Under the pieces are notes generated by a model. The model had not been told where the DNA came from and made no database searches. It was given only the letters and a program-made list of their open reading frames with translations. From positions 10,356,001 through 10,420,000 of the forward strand of contig CM075995.1 of the NCBI GenBank assembly GCA_038087875.1: 64,000 bases of DNA. Reading direction: 5' to 3'. The translations under genes and the position numbers were made by a program. Position 1 is the stretch's first letter. Every line of letters starts with the position of its first letter. Below are positions 54,501-63,500 of this stretch, in pieces. This DNA is from Malacoraja senta. Lineage: Eukaryota.

Positions 54501-57500
54501 TGTTGCACTTGCGTGTGACACCCTTGCACTGAGGTGCTGTACGATTTGATTGTATATTACTTAGAAGAGTTTCCCATGCATCTCACATCACTTCACCGCA
54601 CGAAAGCAGTACGAATATCAATAGTATACACTGCTGATCCAAACCTTGATAGAAGGCCGATATTAGTCGGAATTAAGTAGAAACGTAGAAACTAGCCACA
54701 GGAGTAGGTCATTGCGCCCTTCCAGCCTGCACCGCCATTCAACATGATCATGGCTGAACATCCAAATGAGTACAGTTAAAGAAGGAACTGCAGATGCTGG
54801 AAAATCGAAGGTACACAAAAATGCTGGAGAAACTCAGCGGGTGCAGCAGCATCTATGGAGCGAAGGAAACAGGCAACGTTTCGGGCCGAAACCCTTCTGC
54901 AGACTGATAGGGGGTGGGGAGCCACCGAAACGTTGCCTGTTTACTTCGCTCCATAGATGCTGCTGCACCCGCTGAGTTTCTCCAGCATTTTTGTGTACAT
55001 CCAAATGAGTACCACGTTCCTGCTTTCTCCCCATATCCATCTAATCCGTTACCCTGAGACCTATATCTAACTCTCTCTTAAATACATTTTGCCTGTCGGC
55101 TCAGTGAGACGTTTCCATCCCCACAGAAAACGTGGCGTTGGGAGCAACTCCGATCCAGTCCAGCACGGATGAAGCGGCAGCTGCTGAGCGAGCCAATGAC
55201 GGGGATAGCGACGGCGACTTCAGGCATGGTTCATGCGCGCGCACCAGGAAATCCAAGAACCCTTGGTGGAGAGTCGATCTAAAGGAAAGCTACAACGTGT
55301 CTGATGTAAGAATCACCAACAGAGCAGACTGCTGCTCGGACCAGCTCCAAGGAGCCGAAATCCGCATCGGGGACTCGCTGGAGTTCAATGGCAATTTCAA
55401 CAGACTGTAAGTATTCAAAAGCAATCGCCGCATATATTCACCTGCGATGTCTTCTTCTACAAATTCCACTGTTACTGGAGCAATGATAATATGAGTAGGT
55501 AAAAAAGAGGGGTGCTGCGAGTTACGTATAGTTTGACTGCAGATAAAATTAAAATTGTGCTCCTCTGCTCCAGTTGAGGAACACAATGACACAACGCCGT
55601 AGTCTACTTATCCAATGGCACGGGGCGCTGCCGTATCGCTTTAGCGATGGGGGGTAATAAAAGGAGGTGCATAAATCTGTAATTGAAGTTAATTCATGTA
55701 ATATTGTGCAATCGGATTGCAGTGGCAATGTTCAAGTAATGTGTGAGCGAGAGATCATGCAGTCTCTATCCAGTCAATGTGTCGGAAAGGAATTGGAGAT
55801 TCTGGTTTAAGCCGAAGATGGACACAAAAATCTGGAATGATTCCGCGGGTCAAACACCATTGCTGGAAAAACGAAATAGGTGACGTTTCGTGTCGAGACA
55901 ATCCTTCAGATTTTATTGAGCCATAGAAAATAGTTGCATGAGGAGGCCATTCTTCCATTCGAGCCAGCACCGCCATTGATTGTGATCATGGCTGATCGTC
56001 CCCAATCAATAACCCGTGTCTGCCTTCTCCCCATATCCCTTGATTCCATCAGCCCCTAGAGCTCTATCTAACTCTCTCTTAAATCCTTCCAGTGATTTGG
56101 CCTGCACTGCCCTCTGTGGCAGGGAATTCCACAAATTCACAACTTTCTGGGTGAAAACGTTTTTTCTCACCTCAGTCCTAAATGGCCTCCCCTTTATTCT
56201 AGGATTCAGACCCTGGTTCTGGACTCGCCCAAAATTGGGAACATTTTTCCTGCATTTAGCCTGTCCAGTCCTTTTATGATTTTATATGTTTTTATAAGAT
56301 GCCCCCTCATCCTTCTGAACTCCAGTGAATACAAGACTAGTCTCTTCAATCTTTCCTCATATGACAGTCCCGCCATCCCAGGGATCAAACTCGTGAACCT
56401 ACGCTGCACTGCCATAATCACAAGGACGTCCTTCCACAATACTCCAGATGTGGTCTTAACAGAGCCCCCTACAACTGCAGAGGAACCGCTCTACTCCTCT
56501 CCTGAAATCCTCTTGTTATGAAGGCCAACATTTCAATAGGTTTCTTCACTGCCTGCTGTACCTGCATGTCAACTTTCAGTGACCGGTGTACAAGGACACA
56601 CACGTCTCGCTGTACCTCCCCCTTTCTTAACGAAACCCATTTAGATACTAATCTCCCCCCCTTGTTTTTGCCACCAAAGTGGATAACTTAACATTTATCT
56701 ATATTATACTGCATCTGCCACGCATCTGCCCACTCACTCAACCTGTCCAGTTCACCCTGCAACCTACTAACATCCTCTTCACAGTTCACACTGCCACCAG
56801 CTTTGTGTCAACCGCAAACTTGCTAATGTTGCTCCTAATTCCCTCTTCCAAATCATTAATATTTAAGTTAAACAGTTGCGGCCCAAACACCGAGCCTTGC
56901 GGCACTCCACTCGCCAGTGCCTGCCATTACGAAAACGTCCCTTTCACTCCTACACTTTGCTTCCTGTCTGCCAACCAATTTTCTATCCATGTCAACCCTA
57001 CCTCCAATACTATGTGCTCTAATTTCAGTCAACAGTCTCCCCCTTTGCGGGACCTTATCAAAGGCTTTCTGAAAGTCTAGATACACTATATCCACTGGCA
57101 CCCCTTCATCCATTTTACTTGTCACATCCTCCAAAAATTCCAGAAGATCAGTCAAGCACGATGTTCCTATCATAAATCCATGCTGACTTGGACTAGTCTT
57201 TTTACTGCTATCCAAATGCCCCATTATTATTTCTTTAATAATTGACTCCAGCATCTTTCCCACCAGCGAGGTCAGGCTAACTGGACTGTAATTCCTCGTT
57301 TTCTCTCTCGCTCCTTTCTTGAAAAGTGCGATAACATTAGCTATCCTCCATTCCACAGGAACTGATCCTGAATCTATTGAACATTGGAAAATGATCACCA
57401 ATACTTCCAATATATCTAGAGCCACCTACCTGAGGATTATGCGTTGCAGACCATCAGGGTCAGGGGATTTATCATCCTTCAGTCCCATTACCGTACCAAA

Positions 57501-60500
57501 TACTATTTCTCGCCTTATGAAAATTTATTTCAGTTCCTCTGTCCCCTTAGATCATCTGTCGTCCAGTACTTCTGGGAGATTGTTTGTGTCTTCCTCAGTG
57601 AAGACAGATCCGAAGTACCTGTTCAATTCTTCTACCATTTCCTTGTTCCCCATAATAACTTCACCCATGTATGCCTTCAAGGGACCCAGATTTGACTTTG
57701 CTATTCTTCTTCCCTTAACATTACTAAAGACGCTTTTACTGTCCTTCTTTATATTCCCGGTCAGCTTCCACTCGTACTTAATCTTTTCAGGCCGTTTTGC
57801 CCGTTTTGTTTCCTTCTGTTGTCCGATGTAAGTTTCCCAATCCTCTGGCTCTTGGCTACTCGTTGCCGCGTTATACATCTTTTCTTTTAGTTTTATTCTA
57901 TCCCTAACTTCTATTGTCAGCCACAGTTGCCTCCTACTCCCCTTAGAATCTGTCTTCCTTTTTGGAATGAAATGAACCCGCGTCTTCAGGATTATGCCCA
58001 GAAATCCCTGCCATTGTTGTTCCCCCGTCATTCCTGCTAGGATCCCTTTCCAGTCTACCTTGGCCAGCTCATGCCTTCATAGTCCCCTTTGTTCTACTGC
58101 ATCACGGACACCTCCGATTTATCCTTCTCCGTCTCAAATTGCAGAATAAAACTAATCATATTCTGATCACGACCTCCAAGCGGTTCCTTTACCTCGAGTT
58201 CACTTATCAAATTGAATTCATTGAACAACACTAAATCCAGAATTGCCTTATCTCTGGGCAATTCAACTGCAAGCTGCTTTAAGAATTCATCTCGGAGGCA
58301 CTCAACGAAATCTATATCTTGGGGTCCTGAACCAACCTGATTTTCCCAGTCTACATGCATATTGATATCACCCATCACCACAGTGGCATTATCTTTGTTG
58401 CATGCCAGTTTTAACTCCGGCTGCAACTTACACCCTACATCCGGGCTACTATTTGAAGGTCTGTAGATAACACCAATTAGTGTCTTCTTGCCTTTACAAT
58501 TCCTCAACTCAATCCACTGTGACTCAACCTCGTCAGTCCCTTTGTCTTCCCTCGCAAGGGACTCACCAACAGAGCTGCCCCCCCCCTCTCTGCCCACATG
58601 CCTATCCTTTCTATAGGATGTATAACCCTGAATATTAAGTTCCCAGGCCCGATCCTGCTGCAGCCACGTCTCGGTAATCTCCACAATGTCATATCTACCA
58701 ACCTCTAACTGAGCCTCAAGCTCATCTACTTTACTTCTTATACTTCGCACATTCAAATACAATACTTTAAATTACTATTGCATCTCAACTTTCACATCGA
58801 TCCCTATTAAACTTGGCCATGCTCTCCTATCACTTTGTGAGCTTTCGTTCCCGTTAATTCTGGCGTCATTAACTATCCCTTTACTCCCTTTCCCTTTAAC
58901 TCCATCCTTGACTATCCCATTTGACGTCCCCCCCCTTATTTAGTTTAAAACTACCTGTGTCACAGTGGCAAACTTGCCTGCCAGTATGCCGGTCCCCCAC
59001 CTGTTAAGGTGGAATCCGTCCCTTTTGTACAGTTCGCATTTACTCCAAAACAGATCCCAGTGGTCTAAGAAGGGTCACGACCCGAAGCGTCATATATCCA
59101 TTTTCTCCATAGATGCTATCGGAACCGCAAGGCTACCAACGTATCCGGGTCGCCTCCAGTTCCAAGCCATCTGTTCGTACAACGAGCAAGTGGATACGAT
59201 GCGGAGTTAACGTGGGAGCCCCACATATCCCCGGGACCATTCACCAGTTCACCCGCACAGGCCTGCGATAACGTTTAGCACGCTTCCTGATCCGAAGGAT
59301 CGACAGATTGGGGTCTCACATTTAAATCTTCATAATTTCAGCTGTGGAATCGTTGATTCAGTTTCCGGGACGAGATTCACCTTCAATTGCGGTGGAATTG
59401 TCGGTCGATATGTGAACATCATCATCCCAGGCCCGGATAAAATGTTGACCCTGTGCGAGGTTGAGATATTTGGTTCAGAACTCCCGTACTTACATGGAAA
59501 AGGTAGGCTGAACTTCCCGCTAAGGCTCTCGTGGTACACTGCCCCACAGCTTAGTGAGCGATTCACCTGCTGATGAAGTCGTAGTATATCGAACTTACTG
59601 AGTCCCTGCACCGTCTCTGCTAACAAACTGTTATTTGCCATTGTTAGTTTACTCGCCAGTCTTGGACATTCGCCTTGAACGGACATCAGTCTGTCTGTTA
59701 TTGGAAACCCTGTGAGTCTCGGTGCACATCCCTCCTCCATATCCCCTTATACTGATAAACACTAGCCCGGCAACAACAAAACACTTTCCCCGCTACTGCA
59801 CGATCCTCGCTTGACTTGTACAATCGTGATATTTTAACCACCCTCAGCGCAGAAATCTGACTTATTTTCAATAGTCTGTAGATATAATACTATAACACTA
59901 TATTATGCAATCTGTTATTTTAATTCTACTTTACCTGTTGCTCTTACGTGTGGCTCCATTGCACTGATGTACAGTATGGTTTGATTGTATATTACTAACA
60001 ATGGTTTTTGATGCATCTCGCTTCACCACACCAAAGTAGTACGAATATCAATGAAATGCACTGCTAATCCATACCTTGAGAGAAAGCCTACATTCGTCAG
60101 TATTAACTAGAAACGTAGAAAATAGGTGCAGGAGTTAAAATGTGGATTGTCGAAATGTCGGAGACCCTACATCTAGAAAGAATAAGACTTGTCTTAATGG
60201 ACAAACAATAACTTTTTGTTAAAATATGGGCCCCATTCATTGCCTATTTGAAGGGATAGATTGGCCCAGCACGAAAACCCAACTGAAGCTTGAACTCAGG
60301 ATTAGATGTAAAATTATATTTCATAACCTACGAACTTATATCCAATGACGTATTATAAGTAATTCATTCCACCTCTTTTTTTGATATTTGTAATTCTTTT
60401 TTCTTTATATCTCTCTTTTTCTATCTATATTAAAAAGAAAACACTAGAAGCAGAATTAATCGACAATTAACAATTTTAATAATGTATGATTGATGTATAT

Positions 60501-63500
60501 GAAAAGTTTTTTTCTATTATAATATGTTACTATACTTTATAATATGTTTGTTTCTAATAAAAACATTGTAAAAAAAAAATAGGTGCAGGAGTAGGTCATT
60601 CCACCCTAGGATCTAGCCGTCATTCAATATGATTATGGCTGATCATCCAAAATAAGTACCTCGTTGCTGCTTTCGCCCCATATCCCTTGAATCCGTTATC
60701 CATGAGAGCTATATCTAACTCTCTCTTAGCTACTTCTTCCCTTTCGGCTCAGTGAAACGTTTCCATCCCCACAGAAAATTTGGCGTTGGGAGCAAGTCCG
60801 ACCCAGTCCAGCACGGATGAAGGGGCGGCTGCAGAGCGAGCCAATGACGGTAACAGCGACAGCGACTTCAGGCATGGTTCATGCGCGCGCACTAGGAAAT
60901 CCAAGAACCCTTGGTGGAGAGTCGATCTAAAGGAAAGCTACAACGTGTCAGATGTAAGAATCACCAACAGAGCAGACTGCTGCTCGGACCAGCTCCAAGG
61001 AGCCGAGATCCGCATCGGGGACTCGCTGCAGATGGATGGCAATTTCAACAGACTGTAAGTATTCATAAGCGATCGCCGAATCTATTCACCTACGGTGACT
61101 TCTTCTACAAATTCCACTGTTACTGGAGCAATGATAACGTGAGAGGGTAAAAAAGAGAGATGCTGCAGGTTACAAATGGTTTCACTGCAGATCAAATTAA
61201 AATTGTGCTCATCTGCTCCAGATGCGGTAGACAATGATACAGAGCAGTAGTCCACCTATCCAATTGCACGAGCAGCTGCCTATCACTTTAGCGATAGAGA
61301 TTAATAAAAGGAGGTGAATAAATCTGTAATTGAAGTAAATTCAAGTAATGTAATATTGAACAATAGGATTGCAGTGGCAATGTTCAAGTAACCAATGCCT
61401 ATGAATGAGAGATCATGCAGTATATATCGAGTCAATGCTACCTACGTGTCAGAAGGAATTGCAGATACTGTTTTAGAAAATATACACCAAAATATGGAGT
61501 AACTCCGCGGGTCAGACACCATCGCTGGACAAGAGGAATAGGTGACGTTTCGGTTCGATTTCATCCTGCAGATTGTATTCAGTCTGAAGAAGGATCTTGA
61601 CTTGAAACGTCACATATTCCTATGCCCCGGAGATGCCTCCGCTCATAGCCATCTGTTCGGAACACGAGCAAGTGGATAAGATGCCGGAGGTAACGGGGAG
61701 CCCCGCATATCCCCGGGACCTGTCACCAGTTCACCCGCACACGACTGCGATAAGTTATCGCACGCTTCCTGATGTGCATGATCAACAGAGTGGAGTCTAA
61801 CATTTATATCCTCATAATTTCAGCTGCGGAATCGTTGATTCAGATTCTGGGACGTCATTCACCTTCTATTGTGGAGGATCTGTCGGTCGATTTGTGAACA
61901 TCATCATCCCAGGCACGGATAAGATTTTGACCCTGTGCGAGGTTGAGATATTTGGTTCAGAACTCCCGTATTTACATGGAAAAGGTAGGCTGAAGTTCCC
62001 GTTCAGGCTCTGGTGGTTCACTGCCCCACAGCTTAGTTGAGCGATTCCCCTGCTGATGAAGTCGTAATAAATCTAACTTACTCAAACCCCGTACGGTCTC
62101 TGACAACGATCCGCTATTTGACATTGTTTGTTACATCACCAGTCTTGGATCTTCGCCTTGACCGAACATGAACCTGTCTGTAAATGAAACCCCAGTGATT
62201 CTGGGTGCACACCCCGTCCTCCATTTCATCCGGAGAACTTATGTTGATAAACACTAGCCAGGCACCAACAAAATACACACTTATTGTAACACGCTTGAAG
62301 CGTATCTCTCTGTTACCAGACTAATACACGACCCTCCCTTGACTTGTAGTGCAATGGCGATATCTTAACCTGCCTCATTCCGGTACTTGGGCTTATTTTC
62401 TATCGATCTGTAGATATAATACTTTAACACCATATTATGCAATCTGTTGTTTTAATTCTACTTTACCCGTTGCTCTTGCGTGTGGCTCCAATGCACTGGT
62501 GTACATTATGATTTGATTGTATATTACTAAGTTGAATTTTCGATGCCTCTCGCCTCACTTCACCACACGAAATCAGAACGAATCTCAATCAAATATACTG
62601 CTGATCCAAACCTTGATAGAAGGCCTACATTCGTCGGAATTAAATAGAAACGTAGAAAATAGGTGCAGGAGTAGGCCATTCCGTCCTTCGAGCCAGCACC
62701 ACTATTCAATGTGATTATGTCTGATCATCCAAAATGAGTACCCCTTTCCTGCTTTCTCCCTAAATCCCTTGAATCCGTTATCCCCGAGAGTTATATTTAA
62801 CTCTCTCTTAAATGCATCTTGCCTTTCGCCACAGTGAGACATTTCCATCCCCACAGAAAACTTGGCATTGGGAGCAAGTCCGACCCAGTCCAGCACGGAT
62901 GAAGGGGCAGTTGCTGAGCGAGCTAAGGACGGGAACAGCGACAGCGACTTCAGGCATGGTTCATGCGCGCGCACCAGGAAATCCAAGAACCCTTGGTGGA
63001 GAGTCGATCTAAGGGAAAGCTACAACGTTTCAGATGTAAGAATCACCAACAGAGCAGACTGCTGCTCGGATCAGCTCCAAGGAGCCGAGATCCGCATCGG
63101 GGACTCGCTGGAAAATGATGGCAATTTCAACAGACTGTAAGTATTCATAAGCAATCGCCGATTCTATTCACCTGCGGTGTCTTCTTCTACAAATTCCACT
63201 GTTACTGGAGCAATGATAACGCGAGAGGGTTAAAAAGAGAGATGCTGCAGGTTACAAATGGTTTCACTGCAGATACAATTAAAATTGTGCTCATATGCTC
63301 CAGATGCTGAAGACACTGATACAGGGCAGTAGTCCACCTATCCAATTGCACGAGCAGCTACCCTATCACTTTAGCGATAGAGATTAATAAAAGGAGGTGA
63401 ATAAATATGTAATTGAAGTAAATTCAAATAATGTAATATTGAACATTAGGATTGCAGTGGCAATGTTCAATTAACCAATGCCTATGAATGAGAGATCATG

